From Fimbriosthenelais zetlandica (Eukaryota), in the NCBI GenBank assembly GCA_977030845.1, contig OZ365112.1, forward strand, positions 21,266,001 through 21,330,000: a stretch of 64,000 nucleotides of DNA, in the 5' to 3' direction. The position numbers and the translations under genes were made by a program. The notes under the pieces were generated by a model. That model was not told the DNA's origin, did no database searches, and was given only the letters and a program-made list of their open reading frames with translations. Below, in pieces: positions 1 to 12,200 of this stretch (the first letter of the stretch is position 1; the number at the start of each line of letters is the position of its first letter).

Positions 1-287
1 TGCGGGTCCTGCTTCACCACGTTCTCCAGGTTCACCACGTGTTCCTGGTGTGCCAGATTCTCCACGTGGTCCCTGTCCTCCTCTTGGTCCGGCTTCACCT
101 CTTTGTCCTGCTGGTCCTGCAGGCCCGGCTTGTCCTGCTGGTCCAGAAGGACCTGGTTCTCCTCTTGCACCTGGTGAACCTGGAGTGCCTCCTTCTCCCC
201 TTGGTCCAACTTCACCTCTTTGTCCTGCAGGTCCCTGTGGTCCAGATGGACCAGATGGTCCTGGCTGTCCAGCCGGGCCAGGAGAAC
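1..287 (-). CDS. Collagen exon 25 (partial, 32 triplets to window edge)
   Basis: gaattAG acceptor at 288-289; GSPGPAGQP...GERGEAGPA runs off position 1. Confidence 0.93.
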
Positions 288-3200
288 CTAATTCAGATAA
301 GATTTAAAATGGTTCATAAAAAGCTTTATAAGAGCTTTATAAACACTAGTAAACATCATTCAGGAAAAAAGGTTCAGAAAAAGTTCATTGAGAATGGAAT
401 GAAATACAAATTAATCATGGCTATTAACAATCCTTTCTTCATTAAGACGAGACTAAATATTGTGAATAAAGTAAGCGCAGTTTTTTCATAAATCATACCA
501 TCACTTCCTGGGGTTCCAGCCTCTCCTCTAGGACCTCGTTCTCCACGGCCACCTCGTGGTCCAGCTCCGCCTGCAGGTCCTGCAGGTCCAGATGGACCAG
601 GTTGACCACGTTCTCCTGCCCGTCCTGCTGGTCCACTTGGACCGGCTGGTCCAGATTCGCCAGGCTGACCAGATTCCCCACGTGGTCCTGCCGGTCCTGC
701 CGGTCCGGCTGGGCCAGGCTCTCCTCGACCTCCATCAGTTCCTGGCTCTCCTCTTGGTCCCGCAGGTCCAGATGGTCCAGATGATCCTACGAACGAAAAA
801 ATAATAAATTGCGATATATGTAAGCTGGAAAATCTTATATCAGTACTACTGAAAGTTAGTTTGCATAAAATTTACATTGTACTTGAATGTGTTCTGTACA
901 TGTTAGATTTATATGAATTACCTGGAGATCCCGGACTTCCAGGTTCACCCCTTTCTCCGGGTTGACCCCTTTCTCCACCTGGACCTCTTTCTCCCCTACT
1001 TCCAGGTGTTCCAGCTGGTCCAGATGGGCCAGGTGACCCTGCTGGGCCAGCTTCTCCCCTTTCTCCAGGTGTGCCAGGTGTTCCTCCTTCTCCTCTTGGT
1101 CCACGTTCACCTCTGGATCCTGCTGGACCTGATGGTCCAGATTCGCCAGCAGGTCCACTTGGTCCAGGTTGTCCACTTGGACCTTTAAACAACAATACTT
1201 TTATTAACCTATGTCCTATTAAAAATTGTGCAACACTTTCTCTACCAAATCTGACTGATTTCAACTGAAAAGGGTTTAAAATCGATTTCAACTGAAAAGG
1301 GTTTAAAATCAATTTCAACTGAAAAGCGTTTAATTACATTTGGATATGGCTAATCATCTGAGAAAGAAGAAAAACCTACCACTTGGTCCAGCTGGTCCTG
1401 GTTCACCTCTGTTTCCTGCTGGTCCTGCTTCACCTCTTGGACCACCTGGTCCTGCTGGGCCACTTGGCCCTGCCTCACCACGTTCACCTCTTGGCCCTTG
1501 CTCGCCTCGAGGTCCACCTGGTCCTGCTGGACCAGCCGGTCCAGATGGTCCAGCTTCTCCTGCTGGTCCTGCTGAACCAGCTTCACCTCTAGGTCCAGGG
1601 CCACCAGGTCTTCCATCAGATCCTGAAATAGATGTCAATTTGGTAAACATCTCATTAGGATCAGGAAAAATCAGGATCTAAACCATTTTGAAAGGATCTT
1701 AGTTTCATCTATGTTATATACTTAAACTGCTTGATATTATTTGTTATATATTAGGCAATTTATTTCTTTGCATAGTTGCTATCGGAATATCCATCACAGA
1801 ATGGATATGGCCTTGCTGGCTTCAATGTTGCTAATATAATCTGTACTATAAATTACCTGGTGATCCGGCTGTTCCAGATTCACCACGTGGTCCACGTTCT
1901 CCTGGTTCTCCTGGTTGGCCTCTTCCACCATCTGGGCCTCGAGGTCCAGCAGGACCACTTGGCCCAGAAGGACCTGATTCGCCTGGCCTCCCTGCCTCTC
2001 CAGCTGGGCCAGATTCACCACGTGGTCCTCTTTCACCTCGTGCTCCTGCAGGTCCTGCTGGGCCTGACTCTCCTCGTGTTCCTGCTGGGCCAGCTGGACC
2101 TGATGGACCAGCTGGGCCAGGTGATCCGGATGGCCCTTGTTCACCAGGCTCTCCTCTACCTCCTGCAGGGCCGGATGGGCCAGCAGGGCCACTTGGACCT
2201 GATGGACCAGCTGGTCCAGCTTCTCCTCGTGCTCCTCCAGGTCCAGATTCTCCACGTCCTCCGCGTGGACCAGCCTCTCCTCTTGGTCCGGGAGATCCTG
2301 CTGGCCCTGATGGGCCACTGGGACCCGATGGTCCAGCAGGGCCTGCCTCTCCTCTTTCACCACGTGGTGATGGGGGTCCTGCCTCTCCTCTGGGTCCAGC
2401 TGGTCCAGGAGATCCTGAAGGTCCAGCTTCTCCTCTAGGTCCAGGTAGACCGGCAGGACCGGCAGGTCCTGATTATTGAAAGTAGTATTTTTATAAACAA
2501 TGTGACACATTGATATATTCAAATGTTCAGATAAATTATGAAGGAAAAGGGAAAATAATGAAAACAGATTAATCATGAACACAGATTAATAATTGAAAAC
2601 AATAAAATCAATTATACCATACCTGGTGAGCCGTCAGCACCGGGCGATCCTCTTTGTCCTGATTCGCCTCTTGGTCCAGATCCACCAGCTGGACCTGAAG
2701 GTCCAGGGGGTCCTGATGGTCCTGCAGGTCCTCCTTCACCTCGTTCACCTCTAGGTCCTGCAGGTCCTCCTTCACCTCGAGGACCAGCAGGCCCACCAGG
2801 CCCTGACTCTCCTCTCTGTCCAGTAGGTCCTGGTGGCCCAGGTTGTCCTTAAAAGAAAAATAATAATTGTTTAATCCATTGCTAATAGCAGATTCAACGA
2901 AGGTCACATTTCTTACTTCACCTGGAATGCTCCACGTACTAAACAAACTATACATACCTACTCCTCCATCTGGACCTGATTCTCCCCGAGGACCTGATGG
3001 TCCTGGTCTTCCAGCTGGCCCTGCAGGGCCTGCAGGTCCACCTTCTCCTCTTTCACCTGCTTGTCCACGTGGACCTGCTGATCCAGGTTGGCCACGTGGT
3101 CCAGATTCACCAATTCCTCCTGCAGGTCCGGGACTGCCTGGCTGACCACTAGGGCCAGCAGGTCCAGCTGGACCAGCTTCTCCTCTTTCACCTTGGGTTC

Positions 3201-6200
3201 CAGGGGTTCCTGATTCACCGCGAGGTCCGGCTGGACCACTTGGACCAGCCGATCCAGCAGGTCCAGACTCACCTCGAGGTCCCGCGGGTCCTGCTGAACC
3301 TGAGGGTCCAGGTGAACCAGCGGTACCTGGTGTCCCTCTTGGACCTTGTTCACCACGTGGGCCAGCTGTACCGGCTGGTCCTGGAGACCCAGATGGTCCT
3401 GAGGGTCCGGGGGATCCCCTTTCTCCTGAAGGTCCAGCGGGACCAGCTGGGCCAGCCTCACCTCGAGAACCACCTGGTCCAGCAGGTCCAGATTCGCCTC
3501 TCTGTCCAGATGGTCCAGCAGGACCAGCTTCACCTGTTAAGTAAAACAAAATGATCCATTATTTCACTTAATGCACTAGATTGTATAATTAATATATTTT
3601 ATTCATGAAATATGTATAGAACATTAAAAGTAGAAGAGGATTGAACATTTCCTACCTGGGGTTCCTGGTTGACCACTTTCACCACGAGGACCTCTTGGTC
3701 CTGTAGGTCCAGCAGGCCCAGCCTCTCCAGCGGATCCTGGAGTACCTGATGGTCCAGCCTCACCACGTGGCCCAGGGGATCCAGATGGACCACTTGGTCC
3801 AGCTTCACCTCTCGAACCAGCTGGGCCAGATGGACCAGCAGGTCCACTTGGTCCGGATGGACCTGAAGGCCCAGCTTCTCCTCGTTCTCCTGGAGATCCA
3901 GGGGTGCCTCCTTCACCTCTGGGTCCTGGTGAACCTCTTTGTCCAGCAGGACCAGGGGGTCCTGACTCTCCTCTGGTACCAGGTGTGCCAGCAGGTCCAG
4001 ATGTCCCTATCATTCAAAATATAGAACTTTACTATGTCTGTGATAAATGCGTACGTTACCATCAAAGTTATATGATTTTCATAGAGAGTATGTTTAGAAC
4101 TCAATATTAAGGAAAGATGTCAAGAAGTTAAATTATTTTGTATTGTTCGGTAAAATGTTAATCACCTTGTGGACCAGGAGATCCTGGTTGTCCTCTTGGA
4201 CCTCCCTCGCCACGTGTTCCAGCGGGGCCAGCAGGACCAGCAGGTCCAGCGGGACCAGATGGCCCAGGTGACCCTCTTTCTCCTTGAGGTCCTGGTGAGC
4301 CTCCTGGACCAGCCTCACCTCTCGGTCCTGAAGGCCCGGCAGGCCCAGATTCTCCACGCTGACCTCCTGGGCCTGGTGGACCAGCTTCACCTGGAGAGAG
4401 AATAATTATGAAGTGGATTAATTTGAATACATTTTAAGTATTATTCAATTAAAATATCACTAGAGGAAAAATCATTATGACATACCTCTAGGACCTTGAC
4501 TACCAGGCTGTCCTCGTGAACCACCAGGTCCAGCTGGACCTGAGGGTCCACTTTCTCCAGCGGGTCCAGGGGAACCACTTTCTCCTCTACCCCCTCTTGG
4601 TCCAGATGGTCCAGATGGTCCTGCTGGTCCAGCTTCCCCTCGTGGGCCAGGTCTTCCTGCAGGTCCTAATGGACCAGAAGACCCAGCTGCACCAGTTGGT
4701 CCGGCTGGTCCAAGTGATCCTGGTGTTCCAGGTGATCCACCTTCTCCGCGTTCGCCACGTGGTCCACGTTGTCCAGCGGGTCCTGGTGGTCCAGCTTCAC
4801 CTCTAGCACCACCGGGGCCACTTGGTCCAGCAGGTCCTACAAGTGTACATAAAAAGGGGTATCAGTATACCTTGCAATTCTCAGTTCATTTTCATTTCAC
4901 TATGAGAATCACTATAGACATATAGTTGAATTTTCAGTATGAATATCAGGTACTTACCAGAAGGTCCAGGTGATCCAGATTCACCTCGAGGTCCACCTTC
5001 TCCGGCAGGTCCAGCCGGTCCTGATGGTCCAGGTTGTCCTCTAGATCCTGCAGGTCCAGGGGACCCTCCTTCTCCACGAGGCCCTGAAGGACCAGCTTCA
5101 CCTCGAGGTCCTCGTGATCCTGATGGTCCAGCAGGTCCTGATGGTCCAGCTTCACCTGGACCTCCACGTTCTCCAGCAGGCCCTGTTACAAAAATCATTT
5201 ATTTTAAGATTGACAGGAGTGCTTAGTTAAAATGTGAATCAGATTGAGGACGATAAATTTATGCCAATATAGGTTTACACACAAATATTAAACTTCAAAA
5301 TACCTGATGGGCCAGGAAGACCAGGCTGACCGCGAGGTCCACCTTCGCCGGCTGGTCCAGCAGGTCCAGCAGGTCCAGATGGGCCAGATGGACCAAGAGG
5401 TCCTGGCGGCCCAGCTTCTCCTCTTGATCCTGGAGATCCACCTTCTCCCCCTGGTCCTCTCTCGCCTCTTGGTCCCCTTGGTCCAGAAGGCCCAGATGGC
5501 CCAGCAGGCCCTGGAGAGCCAGGTTGCCCTCTTGATCCTGCAGGTCCAGGTGGTCCACTTTCTCCGAGTCCACCAGCAGGTCCTGCTTCACCTGGTTCAC
5601 CTCTTGGTCCCGCTGGTCCAGAAGGACCACTTGGGCCAGGTGAACCCGGTTGACCAATAGGTCCGCCAGGGCCTATATCAAAGAAGGTTACATTACAAAT
5701 AGATGCCAATGTTTGGGCCTAGTGTAGGTATAAATAATTGGTTATCATCGTCAATAGTCATTGAGAGAGAATGACCAACAAATGATCCATGTACTGTACA
5801 CTAAAGAAATATATTACAAACCACTCACCTGGAGCACCTTGGGGACCCGCTTCTCCTCTTTGCCCTCTCTCCCCACCTGGTCCTGGTGGTCCAGCAGGTC
5901 CTGACGGTCCTGATGGCCCAGATGGACCAGGTGGTCCTGCTTCTCCTCTTTCAGATCTAGGACCAGCCGGGCCAGGCGGACCTGCTGGGCCACCTGGGCC
6001 TCGTTCTCCTCTGTTTCCAGATGGTCCGGGTGGTCCTGCCTCGCCAGCAGGCCCTGAAGGTCCTGATGGTCCCGCAGGTCCAGATTCTCCACGTGGACCT
6101 GCACCTCCCGCTGGTCCAGCGGATCCTGGTTGACCTGACGGTCCAGGAGGTCCAGATTCTCCTCTATTACCTCTTGGTCCAGCAGGTCCAGGTGACCCTG

Positions 6201-9200
6201 TGTGAGAAAAAATATTAATATAATATAAAACTAATCATTTTAGAAGAATGTAATTTAGAATGATGTAAGGTTACATCTTTTTGATGTATGTGATTCACTG
6301 CAATAGTCCTTTGGACTTGTCTTTACCTGCAGGTCCTGATGTGCCTTGGGGTCCAGGGCCTCCTGATTCTCCCCTTTCTCCACGAGGTCCCGGTTGGCCT
6401 GAAGGTCCTGCAGGACCACTGGGTCCTGGTGATCCTGGTTGTCCTCTTGATCCGGCAGGGCCAGCTGATCCTGCAGCTCCTGTGGGACCAGAGGGTCCTG
6501 ATGGTCCTGCCGGTCCAGCAGGTCCTGCAGGTCCAGCAGATCCAGGTTCTCCTCGAGGTCCTCCTGGCCCTGAGGGGCCTGAAGGTCCAGAAGGTCCTGC
6601 CTCTCCTCGGGCTCCTCTTGGTCCAGCTGGTCCGGGTTGGCCTATAAATCAAATAATATCACCAATGATTTCCCAATCGGATTCCTAAATGGCTGATGAA
6701 TTACTAGAATTACTAGTAATTAATAGTAGTAGAATTACTAGAATTACTAATAGATAATACCAGAGGCGACACAAACAGACAAATAGACAAATCATGATTA
6801 CCAGTTTCTCCACCGGTGCCAGGCTCTCCTCGTTGACCCCTAGGTCCGCTCGGACCAGCTGGGCCACTCGGACCAGGTCTGCCATCACTGCCAGCAGGTC
6901 CTGGTCCACCAGCCTCCCCTCTTGGACCTGGTGAACCTGATTGACCCCGTTCTCCAGCTGGTCCAGGGGGTCCTGATTCCCCTGATGGTCCAGGTTGTCC
7001 TCGTGGTCCCGAAGGTCCAGAAGGTCCTGAAATATGAATAGTGAGTACCATGTTAATAATTATTATAAACAATAAACAGGCTACAAATCAGTTAATCCGC
7101 TGTATATTTGGAATTTTATAGACTTGAAGGTTACACACCAGCAGGGCCTGGAGAGCCACCAGGTCCAGCTTCTCCTCGTGGGCCACGAGGTCCACCGGGC
7201 CCAGAGGGTCCAGGTGGACCACTTTGTCCTACAGGACCTGCTGGGCCAGATTCTCCTCTTGGGCCGCCAGGGCCAGGTTGTCCTCTTTCTCCTGAAGATC
7301 CTGGCTGACCTCTTGTTCCAGGTTCTCCTCTAGGTCCCCCAGGACCAGCAGGACCAGAAGGTCCTCCTGGTCCACGTTCTCCTGATGGCCCAGCTGGCCC
7401 TGGTGGTCCTGATTGACCACGGGGTCCTGCACCTCCTCGAGGGCCAGCGGGTCCTGCTTCACCTGCAGGTCCTGCTGAACCGGGTGATCCTAGAAAGGAA
7501 AGCAAGTTTTAATTAGATGAATGTGTTAATCAGATAATTACAGTGAACTGCCTTTCATAGTGAACACATTTCTTCCACTCAAGTACCCACCCACCTGATG
7601 TGCCCTGGCCCAAGCCATTGAACACTTGCTCTAATTTATTTAAATTTATAATAAGGATTAGTATTCTAAAGTAAACAAATGGAGAGAAATTGGATAATAA
7701 TGGAATACCTTGAGGTCCAGGGGGTCCAGCCTGTCCACGTTCACCAGCCAGTCCGCCTGCTCCTGGAGATCCAGCAGGACCAGAGGGACCGGAAGGTCCA
7801 CTTGGTCCTGGCAGACCCGAAATACCTCGTTCTCCTTGAGGGCCACCTGGACCAGATGGCCCTGGTTGGCCTCTACTTCCAGGTGTACCACGTTGACCAG
7901 GTGGTCCACCTTCCCCTCGCTCTCCTTGAGGTCCAGCAGGACCTGAAGGTCCAGGCTGACCTCGTGGTCCTGAAGGTCCACCTGCTCCTGTTCGACCCGC
8001 AGGTCCTGGTGGTCCTGAAGGTCCAGAGGGACCTGCTCCACCTCGTTCACCTGCTGGGCCGGGTGGGCCGGATGAACCTAGAGAATGAAAATAATGAGCA
8101 TTTAAGAACTGACAAAAATGGCTTAGCTCCTGAGAACTGCTTATATGAGTTAATTACGATTAAATTTGAGACATTGTGATAAATATAATGAAAAATGCAC
8201 TATATGCAAGCACGCATTTTTAGTTCAAGAAAAGGTATACCTGCTGGTCCTGATGGGCCAGAAGGTCCTGCTGGGCCGGATTCACCACGTCCACCAGCTG
8301 GTCCTGAAGGTCCGGCAGGTCCTGGTTGTCCACGGGGTCCTCCAGGTCCGAGTGGACCTGATGGTCCAGGCGGACCAGCCTCTCCACTGGGTCCTGATGG
8401 TCCAGCTTCTCCTCTGGGCCCCCTGGGGCCTGATGGCCCTGAAGGTCCTGCTGGACCACCCTCTCCTCTTTCACCAGATGGTCCTGATGATCCAGGTGGT
8501 CCTGCAGATCCACGTTCTCCGCTAGGTCCAGCTGGCCCTGGTGGTCCAGATTGGCCTCTTGGCCCTGAAGGGCCAGATGGCCCACTTGGTCCTGGAGGCC
8601 CGCCTTCACCAGTTTCCCCTCTTGGTCCAGGAGACCCAGGTTGACCTCTGGATCCCGCTGGTCCAGCCTCTCCACGGGTTCCTGTTCAGAAAGTTATTTT
8701 TTTCATTAAATACATATATTATATGAAATATTGTCAGAATTTTTAAAATGCACTAGGGTTTACTAATGTTCAACAATTATGGTAAATCAATTTTCGTGTC
8801 ATTCAACTTTAGTGATAAAAATGTAAGAACGAACCTGCTGGTCCAGCCGGACCACTTGTTCCTGGTGTTCCCCTTTCTCCTGATGGTCCTCGAGGGCCAC
8901 CTGGTCCAGGTGGACCGGCTTCGCCGCTTTCCCCACGCTCTCCTGCAGGTCCTGCAGATCCTGGTGATCCTCTTTCACCAGAAGGTCCCCGGGGTCCTGG
9001 ACCACCAGATGGACCAGGTGATCCTGGTTCTCCTCTTCCACCTGCCGGTCCTCGGGGTCCAGAAGGTCCAGAGGGACCAGATTCGCCAGGTTGTCCACGT
9101 TCACCACTGGATCCACGTGGCCCTGCTGGGCCTGGAGGACCGCCTTCTCCGGTTTCTCCTCTTGGTCCAGAGGGACCTGCTCCCCCTCGGGGTCCACTGG

Positions 9201-12200
9201 GACCAGAGGGTCCACTGGGTCCTGGGGGTCCGGCCTCGCCTGTTTCTCCTCGTGGTCCACCTGGTCCAGAAGGTCCAGGTGAGCCTGATTCACCTCTTGG
9301 GCCTAATGATTATATATAGATAATTAGGAAAAACAAATTACTATACTGAGAAGTGAGACATACACAGAAACATATTTAACACTATTTACATCTGAAACCC
9401 CTAGGTATTTTTTTATTATGGGTAGTCGATACAAAAAATATATATAGATCTGTATGTACAGTATTTCAGTCAAAATTTGTGATTTTACCTCCAGGTCCTG
9501 AAGGTCCAGAGGGGCCCGAGGGTCCAGAGGGACCACGTTCACCACGAGAGCCTGGTGGACCGCCTGGTCCTAGGGGTCCTGATGGGCCTGGGGGTCCTGC
9601 TCCTCCACGGTTCCCTCCCGGGCCAGGTGGTCCTGCTGGGCCTGCAAAAGTGGTAATGTGATACTATTAATATTAACAAATATTTGGGTGAACCATGTTA
9701 TTTACACAAAATTATTACGAATAGCTTATAGCTCAGAGGAAATTCCTCGCAATATTTAAAAAAAATTAAAATTCGATTTCATGATTTTAGTATTTGAATC
9801 TTATGAAATATCTTTCTTACCTGGTCCTCCTCTGGGTCCTGATGGTCCTGGAAGACCTGATTCACCGCGTGGCCCAGATGGTCCTGATGGTCCCAATGGG
9901 CCAGAGGGTCCTGAGGGGCCAGCTGGCCCTCGAGATCCAGGCCCTCCTAGAGCTCCTGATGGTCCTGACTCTCCTCTAGGTCCTGATGGTCCAGGTGGTC
10001 CAGAAGGACCTGCTGGTCCTGCTGGTCCGAGTGTTCCTGTTGGACCTGAAGGTCCTGCCGGTCCTGGCTGTCCACGTGGGCCAGATGGACCAGATGGTCC
10101 AGAAGATCCTGGTAATCCTGATTCACCACGTGGACCAGATGGACCTGATGGGCCAGAAGGTCCTGGTCTCCCAGAGGGACCAGGAGATCCTGACTCTCCT
10201 CTTGGGCCTGATGGTCCAGCATCTCCACGAGGTCCTGATGGGCCACCAGCACCTGTTCTTCCTGGACCTCCTGATGGTCCTGCTGGTCCACGAGGTCCCG
10301 ATGGTCCTGATGGACCACTTGGTCCTGGTAATCCTGAAGGTCCGCGAGGTCCTGGTGCACCACTTGGGCCTGCACCTCCCCTTGGTCCAGATGGACCAGA
10401 TGGACCACTTGGTCCTAATGGTCCCGACGACCCACTTGGTCCTCTTGGTCCTGATGGTCCAGGTGGTCCCGACTCTCCAGTTTGGCCATCTGGTCCGGAT
10501 GGTCCGGCGGGTCCAGCAGGGCCTGATGGGCCTGGTCGACCTGGGAATCCAATGGTCCCTGTAGTACCCGGTCTACCAGGTTGGCCAGGGAGACCTGAAG
10601 GACCTCTCGGGCCTGATGGGCCCAGAGGTCCAGGGGGACCACTAGTGCCTGACTCTCCCCGTGGGCCTGGTGGGCCTCCAGGTCCCAGTGGACCTGCTGG
10701 ACCTGGTCCTCCGGATGGTCCCGCTGGTCCTGCACCTCCAGGCCGACCGCTTTGTCCCGGAAAGCCTGGCAATCCTCGTCCACCACTTGGTCCTGCGGGT
10801 CCAGGGCCTCCACGGACACCTGATGGTCCAGCTGGGCCAAGTGGTCCTAAACGTCGAAAGAAAAATAATAATTTATCATACAGTAATTCTCCAAGATAAA
10901 CACATATAATGTTCTACCATACATGTACTAAATATTAATAGCTGAATCAGAATTGCTAATGTATTGGGAAAATAACCAATAGTGAATAAGGATATAATAA
11001 AATACTACCTGAAGGTCCAGGTCTGCCGTCAGGCCCAGAAGGACCTGGTCGACCAGGTCGCCCAGCTACACCAGTTCCGCCTCGTCCACCTGGTGTTCCA
11101 TCACGTCCAGGTGGGCCTGGTGGCCCAGGTGAGCCGGGAACTCCAGCTAAATAAAGGAAAATAAAATGAGTAAATTTGCTGCTGTAGAAAGGTGTAATCG
11201 CTATTAATGAAATCTAGAGCTGGACAAATAATTTGCAAGATAAAGACACGTCCATTCTTTTTACATTTCAAAATTTACTTCCTTAAATACCACATACGAA
11301 ATGACTTATGAAAGAATTACTTTTATCCAAAATATAAAATAATGATGAGCGTAGTAAATAGATAATTTGATATAACATGACAAATATAGCACTTGAAATT
11401 AACCAATCTTGCACTACTAAAAGCTTAAAATTAGTTGGGCATGGATCCGTATTTCAGAACAGCATTTTGATATTTACGAATAGCTCTTGGGGTACAGGCT
11501 GTAGCAATGATATCATCCAACATTTCGGGCAGCTCCCAGTAGTTCCTTCGAATGATATAAAATCGCTCTGCTGGATTTCTAGTTGCGATTCTCTGAAGTA
11601 CAGGTATTGGCACTCTGCCTTCTAAATCCACTGCTATAATGTGGGTTGGTTTATCTACCAAAGAAGCCTGGTATCCTCGCAAAGTATTTATATCGGCTGA
11701 TGGGTTTCCAGACAAAAAGACAACGGCAATATTGGGAAATCGATCTTCATCGCGATTTCCACTCCTTGGAGGCGTTGCAAAAACTGTATCAGTCAGAATT
11801 TGCATTCCTGCATTGATGTTGTTTCCACCATTGTTCCGTTGCATCAAAGCTACAGTTTGAGAATTCTCCAGAGAAGTTTGATATCTGTTCAGGAGAAATT
11901 CTACTCGCCCACTGTCAGCATATCGTGACACAGATATACGATTGCGGTTGCTCCCGACATCCAGATTTTTGATGGTTTCAATGGTCAGATTCTTCATAAT
12001 AGAGAAATATTCAAGACGGGCACTCCCATGGAGCAGGAAAGCCCAGTCCAGGTAGCCACATGGAATATCTGAAAAACCATGCCTTTTGTTAGTGTCTTGC
12101 ACATTTTTTTTCGCGCACTGCATCGGCAAGACGCAGGAAATTTGCGCTCATTATTATTTATATCCGCGCGCTGCGCAACATTTAGTTTGATGGAGTTCAA

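Noticed and set aside
9781-10899. 372-aa plus-strand ORF reading as an acidic collagen (GPDGPE...), plus many similar plus-strand and off-frame ORFs over 1-11 kb
   Set aside because: Antisense and frame shadows of GGN-CCN repeats. All splice signals, the signal peptide and vWA domains are on the minus strand, and these ORFs start and end in introns.
1-11146. Fibrillar or type VI collagen assignment
   Set aside because: No 54-bp phase-0 exons, no vWC/TSPN propeptide, helix far longer than about 338 triplets, no Lys crosslink sites; type VI helices are about 335 residues with Cys.
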